Origin: an uncultured Bacteroidia bacterium
GTDB taxonomy: Bacteria; Bacteroidota; Bacteroidia; NS11-12g; UBA9320
Reading direction: 5' to 3'
NCBI GenBank assembly: GCA_943787465.1
Contig: CALSMN010000008.1
Span: 84-64,083 of the forward strand
DNA: 64,000 bases
Below are positions 18,247 through 31,126 of the stretch, in pieces. Both the position numbers and the translations under genes were made by a program. The stretch's first letter is position 1. Each line of letters opens with the position of its first letter. The notes beneath the pieces are model-generated. The model was not told the origin of the DNA and searched no databases. It saw only the letters and a program-made list of their open reading frames with translations.

Positions 18247-21200
18247 TTGTCATCAAAATATAACGAAAGAATAAATTTTGGGAAAATCGCTAAAGTGATT
18301 GATTACCCAGATTTCTTGGATGTTCAGTTGAAATCTTTTCAAGAGTTTTTTCAACTTCAAACATCCTCGGAAGACCGAAAATTTGAAGGATTGTTCAAAG
18401 TTTTCAGTGAAAATTTCCCCATTACTGATACTCGTAACATTTTTGTTCTCGAATTTTTAGACTACTTTGTTGATCCACCTAGATACACAATTCAAGAATG
18501 TATCGAGCGAGGTCTAACTTATGCTGTCCCTCTCAAAGCTAAATTAAAACTAAGCTGTAATGATGTTGAGCATGAGGATTTTGAAACGGTTGTTCAAGAC
18601 GTTTATCTTGGTACACTTCCATATATGACTCCTACTGGATCATTTATCATTAATGGAGCTGAACGTGTTATTGTTTCTCAGTTACACCGTTCTCCGGGTG
18701 TATTTTTTGGTCAATCCTACCATACCAACGGTACTAAGCTATATTCTGCTAGAATCATTCCTTTTAAAGGAAGTTGGATCGAATTTGCTACAGATGTTAA
18801 CAATGTCATGTATGCTTATATTGACCGTAAGAAAAAATTCCCTGTTACAACATTGCTTAGAGCAATTGGATATGAAACAGACAAAGATATTCTAGACTTA
18901 TTTGGTCTCGCTGAGGACGTTAAAGTTACAAAGTCAGGACTTAAAAAAGTTTTAGGTAGAAGGTTGGCAGCTAGAGTATTACGTTCATGGATTGAAGATT
19001 TTGTGGATGAAGACACAGGGGAAGTAGTGTCAATTGAAAGAAATGAGGTTGTTATTGAACGTGACACAGTTCTTGAGGAAGATCACTTAGCTGAAATTCT
19101 GGAATCAGGTGTTAAAACTATTATTTTAAGTAAAGAGAATGATGATAAAAATGATTTCCAAATTATTTTAAATACTCTTCAAAAGGATACATCTAACTCG
19201 GGCAAGGAAGCAGTAGAACATATTTATCGTCAGTTACGTAATACAGATCCACCAGATGAAGAAACAGCTCGTGGTATTATCGAACGATTGTTCTTCTCCG
19301 ATAAACGTTATGACTTAGGAGAAGTTGGAAGATACAGGATCAACAAAAAATTAGAATTAGACATCGATAGCAATATTCGAGTTCTAACAAATAGAGATAT
19401 TATATCCATAATTCAGTATTTAATTGAATTAGTAAACTCTAGAACTGATGTAGATGATATAGACCACTTAAGTAATAGAAGAGTTCGTACAGTTGGTGAA
19501 CAATTATACAATCAATTTGGTGTGGGTCTTGCCCGTATGGCAAGAACTATACGTGAACGAATGAATATAAGAGATAATGAGGTATTTACACCAACTGATT
19601 TGGTGAATGCAAGAACTTTATCTTCAGTTATAAATTCATTTTTTGGAACCAACCAACTATCTCAATTTATGGATCAAACCAACCCATTGGCAGAGATAAC
19701 CCACAAAAGAAGAATGTCTGCTCTTGGACCAGGAGGTTTGTCAAGAGAAAGAGCAGGATTTGAGGTAAGGGATGTTCACTACACTCATTATGGTCGATTA
19801 TGTACTATCGAAACACCTGAGGGGCCAAATATTGGACTGATATCTTCATTATGTGTTCATGCAAAAATAAACAACTTAGGATTTATCGAAACTCCTTATC
19901 GAAAGGTTGAAAATGGAAGAGTAAAAGTAGAAGAAGATGTAATTTATTTGAGTGCAGAGGAAGAAGATGAACATATTATAGCTCAAGCGAATTCGCCATT
20001 TGATAAAAAAGGAAATTTATCCAATGATTTAATAAAAGCCAGATTTGAGGGTGATTTTCCTATCGAAGATAAAAATAAGATAGATTACATGGACGTAGCT
20101 CCAAATCAGATTGTATCTATTGCTGCATCGTTGATTCCATTCTTAGAACATGACGATGCTAACCGTGCATTGATGGGGTCTAACATGCAACGTCAAGCGG
20201 TGCCTATCATGAATCCAGAAGCTCCTATTGTAGGTACTGGTCTTGAAGCGCAAGTAGCTAAAGATTCAAGAACTCAATTACTATCAGAGGGTAATGGAGT
20301 GGTAGAGTATGTTGATGCAGATGAAATTAGAATAAAGTATGATTATACTGATGATGATATGCTTGCCAGTTTCATTGGAGATACTAAAACCTATTACTTA
20401 ACTAAATTTAGAAGAACAAACCAAAATATGGTTGTTAATCTAAGACCTATTGTAGAAAGAGGCGATAAAGTAGTTGAAGGGCAAGTCTTAAGTGAGGGGT
20501 ATGGTACACAAGGAGGTGAATTAGCACTTGGTCGAAATCTCAAAGTAGCATTCATGCCTTGGCAGGGATATAACTTTGAAGATGCAATTGTAATTTCAGA
20601 AAAAGTAGTCAAAGATGATTATTTTACATCTATACACATCACAGAACATGATGTAGAGGTTAGAGATACTAAACGCGGAATTGAAGAATTAACCAATGAT
20701 ATTCCTAATGTTAGTGAAGAAGCTACTAAAAATCTAGATGAAAATGGATTAATTCGCGTCGGTGCACTAATTAAAGAAGGAGATATTCTAATTGGTAAAA
20801 TTACACCAAAAGGAGAATCTGAACCTTCACCAGAGGAAAAATTACTTCGAGCAATTTTTGGAGATAAAGCAGGTGACGTAAAAGATGCATCCCTTAAAGC
20901 AACACCATCCAAAGAAGGTGTTGTTGTCGCCAAACAGCTATTTGTTCGACGTAAGAAAGATAGAGCCAACAAAGCAGATGATAAAACTAAATTGACAAAA
21001 CTTGAAAAAGATCATCTGGATGAGTTGGATAAATTAAGAGCTATTTTACTGGATAAATTATATAAATTACTTTCGGGTAAAACCTCCGCAGGCGTTCAAA
21101 ATGTATATTACGAAGATGTCATTTCTAAAGGTACCAAATTTACGCTTAAAAACATAGCATCTATTGACTTTACCACTGTTTCATACAATAATTGGACATC

Positions 21201-22053
21201 TGATGATCATACAAACACTCTGATTGGCAGAATATTAACCAATTATAAATCTAAATATACGGATATTTCCACCTCCTATAAAAGAGAACAGTTTACGATT
21301 AGTGTTGGAGACGAACTTCCAACGGGTATACTCAAACTTGCAAAAGTTTACGTTGCTAAAAAACGTAAATTAAAAGTAGGAGATAAGATGGCAGGTAGAC
21401 ATGGTAATAAGGGTATTGTTGCTAAAATAGTTCCAGAAGAAGATATGCCCTATCTTGAGGATGGAACACCTGTAGAAATTGTACTTAATCCTTTAGGTGT
21501 ACCTTCTCGTATGAACTTGGGACAGATATATGAAACTGTATTAGGATGGGCTGGAAGCGAACTCGGTTTAAACTTTGGAACACCAATTTTTGATGGTGCA
21601 TCTGAAGCAGAAATTGATGAACAAATAGCGAAAGCTGGTCTTCCACAATTTGGGTCTGCTCAATTATACAATGGCCTCACAGGAGAAAAATTCCATCAAA
21701 AAACTACGGTTGGAATTATGTACATGCTCAAACTTGGTCACATGGTAGATGATAAAATGCATTCTCGTTCTATTGGACCATACTCACTCATTACACAACA
21801 ACCTCTGGGTGGTAAAGCACAATTTGGAGGTCAACGTTTTGGTGAAATGGAGGTATGGGCATTAGAAGCATTTGGCGCAGCTAATATACTCAGAGAGATA
21901 CTTACCGTTAAGTCTGACGATATAATAGGCAGAGCTAAGGCTTATGAAGCTATTGTTAAAGGAGAAAATATGGTTGAGCCAGGTCTTCCAGAATCATTTA
22001 ACGTACTGTTACATGAATTGAGAGGTTTAGGTATTGAATTAACTTTTGATTAA
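18247..22053 (+). CDS. rpoB: RNA polymerase beta subunit
   Basis: [40 protein letters not shown]; TTG start. Confidence 0.99.
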   Translation: MSSKYNERINFGKIAKVIDYPDFLDVQLKSFQEFFQLQTSSEDRKFEGLFKVFSENFPITDTRNIFVLEFLDYFVDPPRYTIQECIERGLTYAVPLKAKLKLSCNDVEHEDFETVVQDVYLGTLPYMTPTGSFIINGAERVIVSQLHRSPGVFFGQSYHTNGTKLYSARIIPFKGSWIEFATDVNNVMYAYIDRKKKFPVTTLLRAIGYETDKDILDLFGLAEDVKVTKSGLKKVLGRRLAARVLRSWIEDFVDEDTGEVVSIERNEVVIERDTVLEEDHLAEILESGVKTIILSKENDDKNDFQIILNTLQKDTSNSGKEAVEHIYRQLRNTDPPDEETARGIIERLFFSDKRYDLGEVGRYRINKKLELDIDSNIRVLTNRDIISIIQYLIELVNSRTDVDDIDHLSNRRVRTVGEQLYNQFGVGLARMARTIRERMNIRDNEVFTPTDLVNARTLSSVINSFFGTNQLSQFMDQTNPLAEITHKRRMSALGPGGLSRERAGFEVRDVHYTHYGRLCTIETPEGPNIGLISSLCVHAKINNLGFIETPYRKVENGRVKVEEDVIYLSAEEEDEHIIAQANSPFDKKGNLSNDLIKARFEGDFPIEDKNKIDYMDVAPNQIVSIAASLIPFLEHDDANRALMGSNMQRQAVPIMNPEAPIVGTGLEAQVAKDSRTQLLSEGNGVVEYVDADEIRIKYDYTDDDMLASFIGDTKTYYLTKFRRTNQNMVVNLRPIVERGDKVVEGQVLSEGYGTQGGELALGRNLKVAFMPWQGYNFEDAIVISEKVVKDDYFTSIHITEHDVEVRDTKRGIEELTNDIPNVSEEATKNLDENGLIRVGALIKEGDILIGKITPKGESEPSPEEKLLRAIFGDKAGDVKDASLKATPSKEGVVVAKQLFVRRKKDRANKADDKTKLTKLEKDHLDELDKLRAILLDKLYKLLSGKTSAGVQNVYYEDVISKGTKFTLKNIASIDFTTVSYNNWTSDDHTNTLIGRILTNYKSKYTDISTSYKREQFTISVGDELPTGILKLAKVYVAKKRKLKVGDKMAGRHGNKGIVAKIVPEEDMPYLEDGTPVEIVLNPLGVPSRMNLGQIYETVLGWAGSELGLNFGTPIFDGASEAEIDEQIAKAGLPQFGSAQLYNGLTGEKFHQKTTVGIMYMLKLGHMVDDKMHSRSIGPYSLITQQPLGGKAQFGGQRFGEMEVWALEAFGAANILREILTVKSDDIIGRAKAYEAIVKGENMVEPGLPESFNVLLHELRGLGIELTFD

Positions 22054-22074
22054 AATTATAAAGATTAGAAAATA

Positions 22075-25000
22075 ATGTCAAATAAAAAAGATATAAAAAT
22101 TAAGTCTAATTTTAAGAAACTTAGAATAGGTTTATCCTCACCTGAAGTTGTTTTACAACGTTCATTTGGTGAAGTCACCAAACCTGAAACTATCAATTAC
22201 AGATCATACAAACCAGAGATGGGTGGTTTGTTCTGTGAGAGAATATTTGGACCTGTTAAGGATTACGAATGTCATTGTGGAAAGTATAAGAGAATTAGAT
22301 ATAAAGGAATAGTATGTGATCGTTGTGGGGTTGAAGTTACTGAGAAAAAAGTACGTAGAGAGCGGATGGGTCATATTGAGCTCGTAGTACCTATCGTTCA
22401 CATTTGGTACTTTAAATCATTACCCAATAAAATTGGTTATTTAATCGGTCTTCCTTCTAAAAAATTAGAAATGATTGTTTACTATGAGAGATACATTGTA
22501 ATTCAATCAGGAATTAAGGAAGCAGACGGAGTGAACTACCTTGATTTCTTAACTGAAGAAGAATATCTTGACATTCTAGATTCATTACCAAAAGAAAATC
22601 AATATTTAGATGATAATGACCCTAATAAATTTATCGCCAAAATGGGTGGTGAAGCTATTTGGGATTTGTTAGCTAGACTCGATTTAGATGATTTATCATT
22701 TAGTTTAAGACATCAAGCAGCAAATGAAACTTCTCAGCAACGTAAAAATGAGGCACTTAAAAGACTAAATGTTATCGAAAGTTTCAGAGCATCAACCAAA
22801 ACGGGTGAAAATAGACCGGAGTGGATGATTCTTAAAATGCTTCCGGTTATTCCACCTGAGCTTAGACCTCTTGTTCCACTGGATGGGGGAAGATTTGCTA
22901 CCTCAGATTTAAATGATTTATATAGACGAGTAATTATTAGAAATAACCGTCTAAAACGATTAATGGAAATTAAAGCTCCTGAAGTAATTCTTAGAAATGA
23001 GAAACGAATGCTTCAAGAGGCAGTAGATTCTTTATTAGACAATACGCGAAGAGCTAATGCTGTAAAAGCTACAGGAAATAGACCGCTTAAATCATTGAGT
23101 GATATGCTTAAGGGTAAGCAAGGTCGTTTCCGTCAAAATTTATTAGGTAAGCGTGTGGATTATTCTGGTCGTTCAGTCATTGTGGTTGGACCGAACTTAA
23201 AACTTCATGAGTGTGGTTTACCTAAAGGAATGGCTGCAGAGCTATTCAAGCCATTCATTATCAGAAAGTTGATTGAGCGTGGAATCGTAAAAACAGTTAA
23301 ATCTGCTAAGAAAATTGTAGATAAAAAAGAACCAGTTATTTGGGAAATTTTGGAGAATATTTTAAAAGGTCATCCGATTCTTTTAAATCGTGCTCCAACG
23401 CTTCACAGATTGGGTATTCAAGCTTTCCAACCTAAATTAGTTGAAGGTAAAGCTATTCGTTTACACCCACTTGTTTGTACAGGATTTAACGCAGATTTTG
23501 ATGGTGACCAAATGGCTGTTCACGTACCATTAGGTAACGCAGCAGTATTGGAAGCTCAAATTCTAATGTTAGCTTCTCATAACATTCTTAATCCAGCCAA
23601 TGGTGCTCCCATTGCCGTACCTTCTCAAGATATGGTTTTAGGTCTATACTATATGACCAAAATGAGAAGATCTACTAAAAATGAGTCCGTAAAGGGAGAA
23701 GGACTGACTTTTTACAGTTTTGAAGAGGTTGAAATTGCTTACAATGAAGGTAAAGCTGATCTAAATGCAGTAATCAATGTTAGAACCGGTGTAAAAGAAG
23801 ATGGTCAAATTGTCCAAAAAATAATTGAAACTTCTGTTGGAAGAGTGATCTTCAATAAGAATGTTCCGGAAAAAATTGGATTTATTAATACGTTACTTAC
23901 CAAAAAATCTTTACGAGATATTATTGGGGAGATGATAAAAGAAGTAGGGGTTGCCGCAACTGCAAAATTCCTAGACGAAATCAAGAGCTTAGGTTTTTAC
24001 TATGCATTTAGAGGAGGTCTTTCTTTCAATATTTCTCACGTCTTAGTTCCTTCTGCTAAAGAAGAACTTGTTGAATCTGCTCGCAAGGAAGTAGAGGAAA
24101 TTACTTTCAATTATGAAAATGGTTTCATTACCAACAATGAGCGATACAATCAGGTTATTGATATCTGGACAAGAATTAATTCAAAAGTAGCAGATGCTCT
24201 ATTGCACGATATCGCTACTGATGATCAAGGATTCAATCCAATATATATGATGCTTGATTCTGGAGCAAGGGGTTCCAAAGAACAAATTCGTCAGTTAGGT
24301 GGAATGAGGGGATTGATGGCTAAGCCACAGAAAAAATTAGGTACTGGAGGGACAGGTGAAATTATCGAAAATCCAATTCTCTCTAATTTTAGAGAAGGGC
24401 TTTCAATTTTGGAATATTTCATTTCAACTCACGGTGCTCGAAAAGGTCTGGCGGATACGGCACTTAAAACTGCAGATGCTGGTTATTTGACCAGAAGGCT
24501 TCATGATGTAGCACAAGATGTTGTAGTATCTATTGAAGATTGTAACACTTTAAGAGGATTTGAAGTTCGCACATTAAAAGAGAACGATGAGGTAATTGAT
24601 AGTCTTTTTGATCGTATTGTAGGTAGAGTTTCTTTACTAGACATTCATCACCCAGAAACAGATGAAATTATTGTAAAAGCTGGTCAAGAAATTAATGAAG
24701 ATAATGCCAAAATTGTTGAAGAAGCAGGAATTGAATCAGTAGAAATTAGATCTGTGATGACTTGTGAGTCAAAACAAGGGGTATGTGCCAAATGCTATGG
24801 TAGAAATTTAGCTACTGGAAGACCTGTGCAAGCAGGAGAGGCAGTGGGTGTAATTGCTGCTCAATCCATTGGTGAGCCTGGCACACAGCTTACATTAAGA
24901 ACTTTCCACGTGGGGGGTACTGCTTCTAACATAGCTCAAGATTCTCAGTTAATTTCTAAATATAATTCTGTTGTTGAGTTCGATGAAGTTAAAACGGTTC

Positions 25001-26394
25001 CTGGTAAAGATCAAAATGGGAATGATGTTGGAATTGTTGTTGGAAGATCTGGTGAAATTAAATTATTAGATTCGAAAACGAAAGAAGTCCTAATTATTAA
25101 TAATATTCCCTACGGTTCTTTCTTGTATGTTGATGAAAAACAAAAATTGAAGAAAGGTGATAAAATCTGTTCTTGGGATCCGTATAATGCAGTTATTTTA
25201 TCAGATTTAGATGGTAAAGTAGAATTTGTTGATCTCAAAGAAGGAGTCTCTTTCACTGTTGAGATGGATGAGGCAACTGGATACAAAGAAAAAGTAATTA
25301 CTGATTCTAGAGATAAGAAAATCAATCCGGCCATTCATATCATTGGGAAAAAAGGTGAAATCTTAAAAGAACTGAACGTTCCGGTAGGTGCCCACCTTTC
25401 TGTTGAAGATGGGGCGAAGGTGAAAGGCGGTACTATAATTGCCAAAATCCCTCGTGTTGTTGGTAAAACAAGTGATATTACGGGAGGTTTACCTAGGGTA
25501 ACTGAACTTTTTGAAGCTCGTAACCCATCTAATCCTGCAGTTGTTTCAGAGATTGATGGTGTAGTTACTTATGGTGGTATCAAACGAGGTAACCGTGAGA
25601 TAACAATTCAATCTAAAGAAGGAATTGGAAAGAAATATTTAATTTCTTTATCAAAACATATCTTAGTTCAAGATGGTGATTTTGTTAGAGCCGGAACTCC
25701 TTTGTCTGATGGTTCGATTACACCACAAGATATTCTATCAATTGAAGGTATTTCTGCAGTTCAAAACTATATTGTTAATGGTATCCAAGAAGTATATAGA
25801 CTTCAAGGGGTGAAAATTAATGATAAGCATATTGAAGTAATCATCAAACAAATGATGCAAAAAGTAGCAGTTATTGAATCTGGAGATACAATGTTCCTTG
25901 AAGGTTCAGCCGTGGATAAAATTGTATTCAAAGAGGAAAATGATTTACTTTATGACAAGCGTGTTGTAACAGATCCAGGGGATTCAAATGAAGTGAAAGC
26001 GGGAGAGATTCTTACGTTGAGAAGATTGAGAGATTTAAACTCATCACTAAAACGTAAAGACATGAAAGTAATTGAGGTTAGAGAAGCTCTTACAGCTACA
26101 TCTGGTCCATTATTACAGGGGATTACTAAGGCTTCTCTTGGCACTCACAGTTTTATGTCTGCTGCATCCTTCCAAGAAACAACTAAAGTTCTAAATGAAG
26201 CTGCAATTGCAGGTAAAGTTGACGATATGCTCGGTCTTAAAGAAAATGTAATTGTAGGGCACCTTATTCCTGCAGGTACTGGACTAAGAGCATACGAAAA
26301 TTTAGTAGTAGGTTCTCAAGAAGAATATGATATGTTAAAAGCTGCCAAAAATGAAGCTTCTACAGAAGAAGAGTCAGTCGAAGTAGTATCATAA
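22075..26394 (+). CDS. rpoC: RNA polymerase beta' subunit
   Basis: Zn finger, [30 protein letters not shown]. Confidence 0.99.
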   Translation: MSNKKDIKIKSNFKKLRIGLSSPEVVLQRSFGEVTKPETINYRSYKPEMGGLFCERIFGPVKDYECHCGKYKRIRYKGIVCDRCGVEVTEKKVRRERMGHIELVVPIVHIWYFKSLPNKIGYLIGLPSKKLEMIVYYERYIVIQSGIKEADGVNYLDFLTEEEYLDILDSLPKENQYLDDNDPNKFIAKMGGEAIWDLLARLDLDDLSFSLRHQAANETSQQRKNEALKRLNVIESFRASTKTGENRPEWMILKMLPVIPPELRPLVPLDGGRFATSDLNDLYRRVIIRNNRLKRLMEIKAPEVILRNEKRMLQEAVDSLLDNTRRANAVKATGNRPLKSLSDMLKGKQGRFRQNLLGKRVDYSGRSVIVVGPNLKLHECGLPKGMAAELFKPFIIRKLIERGIVKTVKSAKKIVDKKEPVIWEILENILKGHPILLNRAPTLHRLGIQAFQPKLVEGKAIRLHPLVCTGFNADFDGDQMAVHVPLGNAAVLEAQILMLASHNILNPANGAPIAVPSQDMVLGLYYMTKMRRSTKNESVKGEGLTFYSFEEVEIAYNEGKADLNAVINVRTGVKEDGQIVQKIIETSVGRVIFNKNVPEKIGFINTLLTKKSLRDIIGEMIKEVGVAATAKFLDEIKSLGFYYAFRGGLSFNISHVLVPSAKEELVESARKEVEEITFNYENGFITNNERYNQVIDIWTRINSKVADALLHDIATDDQGFNPIYMMLDSGARGSKEQIRQLGGMRGLMAKPQKKLGTGGTGEIIENPILSNFREGLSILEYFISTHGARKGLADTALKTADAGYLTRRLHDVAQDVVVSIEDCNTLRGFEVRTLKENDEVIDSLFDRIVGRVSLLDIHHPETDEIIVKAGQEINEDNAKIVEEAGIESVEIRSVMTCESKQGVCAKCYGRNLATGRPVQAGEAVGVIAAQSIGEPGTQLTLRTFHVGGTASNIAQDSQLISKYNSVVEFDEVKTVPGKDQNGNDVGIVVGRSGEIKLLDSKTKEVLIINNIPYGSFLYVDEKQKLKKGDKICSWDPYNAVILSDLDGKVEFVDLKEGVSFTVEMDEATGYKEKVITDSRDKKINPAIHIIGKKGEILKELNVPVGAHLSVEDGAKVKGGTIIAKIPRVVGKTSDITGGLPRVTELFEARNPSNPAVVSEIDGVVTYGGIKRGNREITIQSKEGIGKKYLISLSKHILVQDGDFVRAGTPLSDGSITPQDILSIEGISAVQNYIVNGIQEVYRLQGVKINDKHIEVIIKQMMQKVAVIESGDTMFLEGSAVDKIVFKEENDLLYDKRVVTDPGDSNEVKAGEILTLRRLRDLNSSLKRKDMKVIEVREALTATSGPLLQGITKASLGTHSFMSAASFQETTKVLNEAAIAGKVDDMLGLKENVIVGHLIPAGTGLRAYENLVVGSQEEYDMLKAAKNEASTEEESVEVVS

Positions 26395-26417
26395 TATCAT
26401 TCAAATAGTTAAGACTT

Positions 26418-26446
26418 AGGGGTAGCATAAATGTTACCCCTTTTTT
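26418..26446 (+). terminator. Intrinsic terminator after rpoC
   Basis: AGGGGTAGCAT-AA-ATGTTACCCCT followed by a T run. Confidence 0.8.
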
Positions 26447-26495
26447 ATTTTTTTCTATTAAGCAATTATTAAAAAAAAATATGTTGATTTGAGGT

Positions 26496-26810
26496 ATGAA
26501 AGAACAAAAACAAGGGAACCAAATTGATATTGAGTTATCGGAAGATGTAGCAGAGGGTATTTATAGTAATTTAGCTATAATTTCTCATTCAAATTCAGAA
26601 TTCGTAATTGACTTTATTCGTATGTTGCCAGGCACTCCTAAAGCCAAAGTGAAAAGTAGAATTATACTCAGCCCTCAACATGCCAAAAGACTGAGAGCTG
26701 CTCTAACGGATAATATAGATAAATTCGAAGCTAATTTCGGAAATATAGAAATGCAAGAAAGCACACCTCAATTTCCGCCAATGAATTTTGGTCCTACTGG
26801 CGAAGCATAG
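26496..26810 (+). CDS. DUF3467 family protein
   Basis: IDIELSEDVAEGIYSNLAIISHS.SEFVIDF...KSRIILSPQHAKRL; usual position after rpoC in Bacteroidota. Confidence 0.9.
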   Translation: MKEQKQGNQIDIELSEDVAEGIYSNLAIISHSNSEFVIDFIRMLPGTPKAKVKSRIILSPQHAKRLRAALTDNIDKFEANFGNIEMQESTPQFPPMNFGPTGEA

Positions 26811-26813
26811 ACC

Positions 26814-27359
26814 CTACTGAATAGCTAATGTTTTAGATAATTTATTGTATTCGGGTTCGATCTCGTAAAATGACTTTTTTATGTCTTTTGATCTTGAAAT
26901 TAATTCATCGATATCTGTTCTTTCTTTCCTAATGTATTGTTTGAATTCTTCAGTACTAATCGTCTTATTTTGTATATCAAGCATCAAGTTATCAAGCTGT
27001 TTTTTGAGTTCATTTTGTTCTTTCATACAGAAGTCATGTTCTTTTATTTGTTTTGAATATATTTTTCTAATGACTTTATATCTCCCTAATTGGAGTCCAA
27101 GTTCATTGTCAATTTCTTCAGTGTATTCATTCGTATAAAATTTTAAAACAGTATTTATTTCAGTAATTCTTAATTGAAATAAATTGACATCAATGTTCAA
27201 TCTATCGGTGTTGCTGTCTAATTTTTCCTGTAATTTTATAAGAGCATTTTCGGCTTTAAAATTATGGTTTGAGCATTTGACAAAGGAAATAATGATACCA
27301 ATTAAACATAAAATAAATAACAGTTTGGTATTCTCTAAATAGCTTCTAAATTTGAACAT
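26814..27359 (-). CDS. Hypothetical helical/coiled-coil exported protein, possibly a lipoprotein
   Basis: Hydrophobic N-terminal stretch ending in FVKC, then a charged helical body. Start uncertain. Confidence 0.6.
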   Translation of the reverse strand: MFKFRSYLENTKLLFILCLIGIIISFVKCSNHNFKAENALIKLQEKLDSNTDRLNIDVNLFQLRITEINTVLKFYTNEYTEEIDNELGLQLGRYKVIRKIYSKQIKEHDFCMKEQNELKKQLDNLMLDIQNKTISTEEFKQYIRKERTDIDELISRSKDIKKSFYEIEPEYNKLSKTLAIQ

Positions 27360-27360
27360 T

Positions 27361-28641
27361 GTGGCAAATAAAACGACTAAAAGTTTAAAAAAGATAAAAG
27401 CATATATCTTTTTAAAAGATGTATTCCTTATTGCTATATCAGCGTATGGTGGTCCATCGATGCATCTTGCTCTATACCAAAAACGTTTAGTTGAAGAAAA
27501 AAAATATTTAACTACAACCGATTTACTTGAGTTGTATTCACTAGCTCAGATGCTTCCTGGTCCTTCTTCAACCCAGACTTTAGTGAGTATCGGTTATAAG
27601 TTTGGGGGCCCATTCCTGGCATTTTTAACACTCCTAATATGGGTTTTTCCTGCTTTTCTATTACTCACGGTTTGTGCTATTTTCATAGGCTTATTTCAAG
27701 ATTCAGCATTAAATTATCTCAGGTTTGTAACTCCTGTAGCTGTTGCTTTTATACTGATAGCAGGTATTAATATGATAAAAAAATCAATTGACTCAAAACA
27801 AGGTTATTTTCTAGCGTCAATGGCTTTTGTTGTTGCGGCTTTATTGAGGCATCCATTGGATACGATTATTAATATGAAAACACCATGGATATTCCCAATC
27901 GTACTAGTATTAGGAGGTATAATATCTTATATAGGGCATCGCGAAATTTTACCTAAACATGAACCAATTAAAGTACAAATACCATGGAAATTTTTGGTTG
28001 CTTTCATTGGTATTTTTGTGAGTGCTGGTATTTTTGGTAATCTATATTCCAATCCATTTGTCTTGCTTTTTGAGAATAGTTATCGTTTTGGAAGTTTAGT
28101 TTTCGGTGGTGGAAATGTATTAATTCCCATGATGCTTGAACAGTATGTTAATCATGCTGGTTATATGACTTCTGAGCAGTTTATTAATGGGGTTGGATTA
28201 GTTCAAGCCATACCCGGACCGGTATTCACTATTTCAAGTTATACGGGTGCTACAGCGATGCAAAATGCTAATTTAGTAAGCCAAATTTTTGGATCAATTT
28301 CAAGTACTATTGGTATTTTCCTTCCAGGAGCATTGCTTATTTTTTTTATTTATCCAATTTGGAAGCAAATAAAGTCTCATCCTATTATCGTTAAAGCTCT
28401 CCCTGGAGTCATTGCTGCATCTTGTGGGTTAGTTCTTGCTGCTGCTTATCTCATGTTTCTGCCTGTAGGTTTCAATTGGGTAGAGGAAGGGAGTTTTTAT
28501 TACACCAATTTAGATACACATCATCTTGTTAATATAGTTCCTATACTCATTATCATCATAACTTCACTGTTACTTCTTAAAACAAAAATAAAGTCGCCTT
28601 GGTATATTATAGTAGCAATACTTGCTGGTATTTTTCTATAA
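27361..28641 (+). CDS. chrA: Chromate efflux transporter (CHR family, long chain)
   Basis: AYGGP, QMLPGPSSTQ, FGGGNVLIP, QAIPGP. GTG 27361 chosen because promoter TTTG(27324)-19-TAAATTTG(27347-27354) overlaps the track's TTG start. Confidence 0.88.
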   Translation: MANKTTKSLKKIKAYIFLKDVFLIAISAYGGPSMHLALYQKRLVEEKKYLTTTDLLELYSLAQMLPGPSSTQTLVSIGYKFGGPFLAFLTLLIWVFPAFLLLTVCAIFIGLFQDSALNYLRFVTPVAVAFILIAGINMIKKSIDSKQGYFLASMAFVVAALLRHPLDTIINMKTPWIFPIVLVLGGIISYIGHREILPKHEPIKVQIPWKFLVAFIGIFVSAGIFGNLYSNPFVLLFENSYRFGSLVFGGGNVLIPMMLEQYVNHAGYMTSEQFINGVGLVQAIPGPVFTISSYTGATAMQNANLVSQIFGSISSTIGIFLPGALLIFFIYPIWKQIKSHPIIVKALPGVIAASCGLVLAAAYLMFLPVGFNWVEEGSFYYTNLDTHHLVNIVPILIIIITSLLLLKTKIKSPWYIIVAILAGIFL

Positions 28642-28649
28642 AGTAAAAA

Positions 28650-29417
28650 TCAGTATTTCATGATTTTTTTTGTAAAGGTCTTATTACTGCTATCAGTTGT
28701 TCTTAATATGTAAAGTCCGGATGTTAAAAAGGATAAGTTTAAATTTGTTTCATAACCTTGCATAATCATTTTACCATTAAGATCGGTAAGTATGTAATTA
28801 ACAGGACTTTCTGCTAATGTTATAAGACTCTGAGTAGGATTAGGGTAATAAGTAATATTTTCAGGTGATTCTCCTTGGTTAACATCACCAATGGTTACAT
28901 TATCGAAGTAGATAATATTTTCTTTAGTTCTATTTCTAAAATCTGGGAAAATAACAATTTGATCATAGGTTATTCCAATTCTTGAACTAAAGTCAAATTC
29001 TAATTTTTCCCATTCATTTATTTTTGTGTTTGTAATTTTAATTTCTCCCAAGGAGGCATTAGATGTTTCCACAAGTTTGATACCGATAGGGCTTCTAACT
29101 GATTTATATACCATAATAGTGATGATTGGATTTTCCGGATCAATTATAAATGATCCAATATCTGATTGATGTAGGCTTTCACATCCTGCAAATGGAGCAC
29201 CTTGAGCCCTAGCTGTAAATTTGGCCACCTTTTCACTTCTATTGATGTCATCGGGGAATGGATTTTCGATAATTTCTAAAGGTGGATTATTATCATTTTC
29301 AAAGGTTCTCCAAGACCAATCTGCACCAAAACCATCGGATTCAAAATTGACAGGAACATTTTGAGCTTCTATCATTAATGGAATCATTAAGTAGAAAATT
29401 ATGGATATTTTTTTCAT
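28650..29417 (-). CDS. T9SS type-A cargo with one non-catalytic putative carbohydrate-binding domain
   Basis: Signal peptide MKKISII...IEA; PVNFES...IENP..DDINRS.KVAKF...EWEKLEFDF...IIYFDNV; CTD YYPNPT...LTSGLYILR. Last gene of the susC1/susD1 operon. Confidence 0.75.
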   Translation of the reverse strand: MKKISIIFYLMIPLMIEAQNVPVNFESDGFGADWSWRTFENDNNPPLEIIENPFPDDINRSEKVAKFTARAQGAPFAGCESLHQSDIGSFIIDPENPIITIMVYKSVRSPIGIKLVETSNASLGEIKITNTKINEWEKLEFDFSSRIGITYDQIVIFPDFRNRTKENIIYFDNVTIGDVNQGESPENITYYPNPTQSLITLAESPVNYILTDLNGKMIMQGYETNLNLSFLTSGLYILRTTDSSNKTFTKKIMKY

Positions 29418-29431
29418 GAATTTTTTAAATA

Positions 29432-29467
29432 AATAAGGGGATATCAATATAACGAAATCCCCTTATT
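29432..29467 (-). terminator. Stem-loop between susD1 and the downstream T9SS gene
   Basis: AATAAGGGGAT...ATCCCCTTATT 11-bp inverted repeat. Confidence 0.55.
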
Positions 29468-29488
29468 ATTAATTAAATAATAATTAAT

Positions 29489-31114
29489 TTATTGAAATAA
29501 TGATGGATCTGGATAAGTTGTTAAGTTGGGAGCAAGTTGTGTTTCTTCCAACGATAAAGGAAGCCATAAGTGGTTATCTGAAAAATTTGACTCTTTATCT
29601 CCATCACCAGTAAATAAACTACTATTTGCTCTCCCAGAACGAACGAGATCAAACCATCGGTCTCCTTCACAAGCTAGTTCTGATCTCCGCTCATACCAAA
29701 TCAAATCAAGCAAATTCCATCCTTCCTGACTCATCACTGTAGTTGCATTTCTAAAATTACCAGTATTATCACCAGGTCCTGCAGCTCTTTCTCTAACCAT
29801 ATCAATATACTGAATTGCATCACCATCAGAACCTCCACTTCGATGAATGGACTCTGCTAACATTAATAAAACATCAGCATAGCGGAAAACTTGAGAATTT
29901 TGAGATTTAGTTAAATGTTCATTTCCGCCATTGATATTAGTACCTGCATATGCTTTAAAATTCGGATACTTTTCTTGCCAATATCCAGTATAATCAACAG
30001 GATTGCTCTGTGTTTCATCTATCACTGTATTGCAAGATAAATTAGAATCAGCGATTTCTTTTGCTAATTCTTCATTGGATGCGATTGCTACATTTCTTCT
30101 AAATGTATCATCTGCAAGGAAATGATTCCATAAACTTGATGTAACCATCATAAATCCCCATCCAGCTTCATATCTTGGGTGACTGGCACATAATCCTCGA
30201 ATTCCACAAAGTTGAATCATTCCATTTCCATCTACACTCTCAAATGATCCCCAATCACTTGACCATAATGCATTATGTTGAATTTCAAAAACAGATTCTT
30301 GGGTATTTCTTACATTAAATGAGAATATATTTCGCATATCGTCCTCTAATTGATAAATACCTAAATCTACTACTTGTTGGAAAGCATCAGCAGCTTTACC
30401 AAATAATGCAGGATCATCATTTTTTAAATCTGCCCAATACAAGTATGCTTTTCCCATCAAAGTTAAAGCTGCTCCTTTTGTAGCTCTACCTTCTTCACCC
30501 GCTTTTGGTGTAAGTGGTAGTTTAGCTGCAGCAGCTTCACAATCATTTACAACTTGCTGCATTAACGCTGACATAGAACTTCTTTTCAGGTTGATATCAT
30601 CAGGGTTTAACATTTGGGTAACCACTGGGACAGGTCCAAAGTGCTTAAATAATTCAAAATGATAGTATGCACGCAAGAATAGAGCTTCTGCTTTGTATAC
30701 ATCAACTACTGGTGACTCTACTTCTGAAAGTTCAAGAAGTGCATTTGCTCTGCTTATACCAATGTAGTTTCTTCTATACATCGGATGAATTACTGTATTA
30801 GTATTAGTGTTGGTGAAGTCATCAAATTCTTGCCATCCAGGTTGATCATTATTAGTTGCATCACCTCCAGCGTTAGCATTATCTGATCTTATTTCACCAT
30901 ACATCGTTGGTGAAATCCATTGCCCAAAACCCATGGACCATCCTATAGGGTCATAGACTCCTATAAGGGCTGCACCAATTTGATTTTCAGTTTTATAATA
31001 GTTGTTAGATAGAAACTCATTGACAGGTTCTACTTCTAAATTTTCTTTCTTACAGGATACAATAAGTATGCTGCAAACACTTAAAGTTAAAAGATATTTA
31101 AATAATTTTTTCAT
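29489..31114 (-). CDS. RagB/SusD family glycan-binding lipoprotein (SusD1)
   Basis: Lipobox IVSC, EALFLRAYYHFEL, GRATKGAA, FRYADVLLMLAE, ERRSELACEGDRWFDLVR. Confidence 0.95.
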   Translation of the reverse strand: MKKLFKYLLTLSVCSILIVSCKKENLEVEPVNEFLSNNYYKTENQIGAALIGVYDPIGWSMGFGQWISPTMYGEIRSDNANAGGDATNNDQPGWQEFDDFTNTNTNTVIHPMYRRNYIGISRANALLELSEVESPVVDVYKAEALFLRAYYHFELFKHFGPVPVVTQMLNPDDINLKRSSMSALMQQVVNDCEAAAAKLPLTPKAGEEGRATKGAALTLMGKAYLYWADLKNDDPALFGKAADAFQQVVDLGIYQLEDDMRNIFSFNVRNTQESVFEIQHNALWSSDWGSFESVDGNGMIQLCGIRGLCASHPRYEAGWGFMMVTSSLWNHFLADDTFRRNVAIASNEELAKEIADSNLSCNTVIDETQSNPVDYTGYWQEKYPNFKAYAGTNINGGNEHLTKSQNSQVFRYADVLLMLAESIHRSGGSDGDAIQYIDMVRERAAGPGDNTGNFRNATTVMSQEGWNLLDLIWYERRSELACEGDRWFDLVRSGRANSSLFTGDGDKESNFSDNHLWLPLSLEETQLAPNLTTYPDPSLFQ

Positions 31115-31126
31115 GTTTTTTTTTAT

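Noticed and set aside
14088-26144. Numerous 60-120-aa antisense or alternative-frame ORFs within tuf, rpl and rpoBC
   Set aside because: Expected shadows of codon-biased conserved genes; no independent signals.
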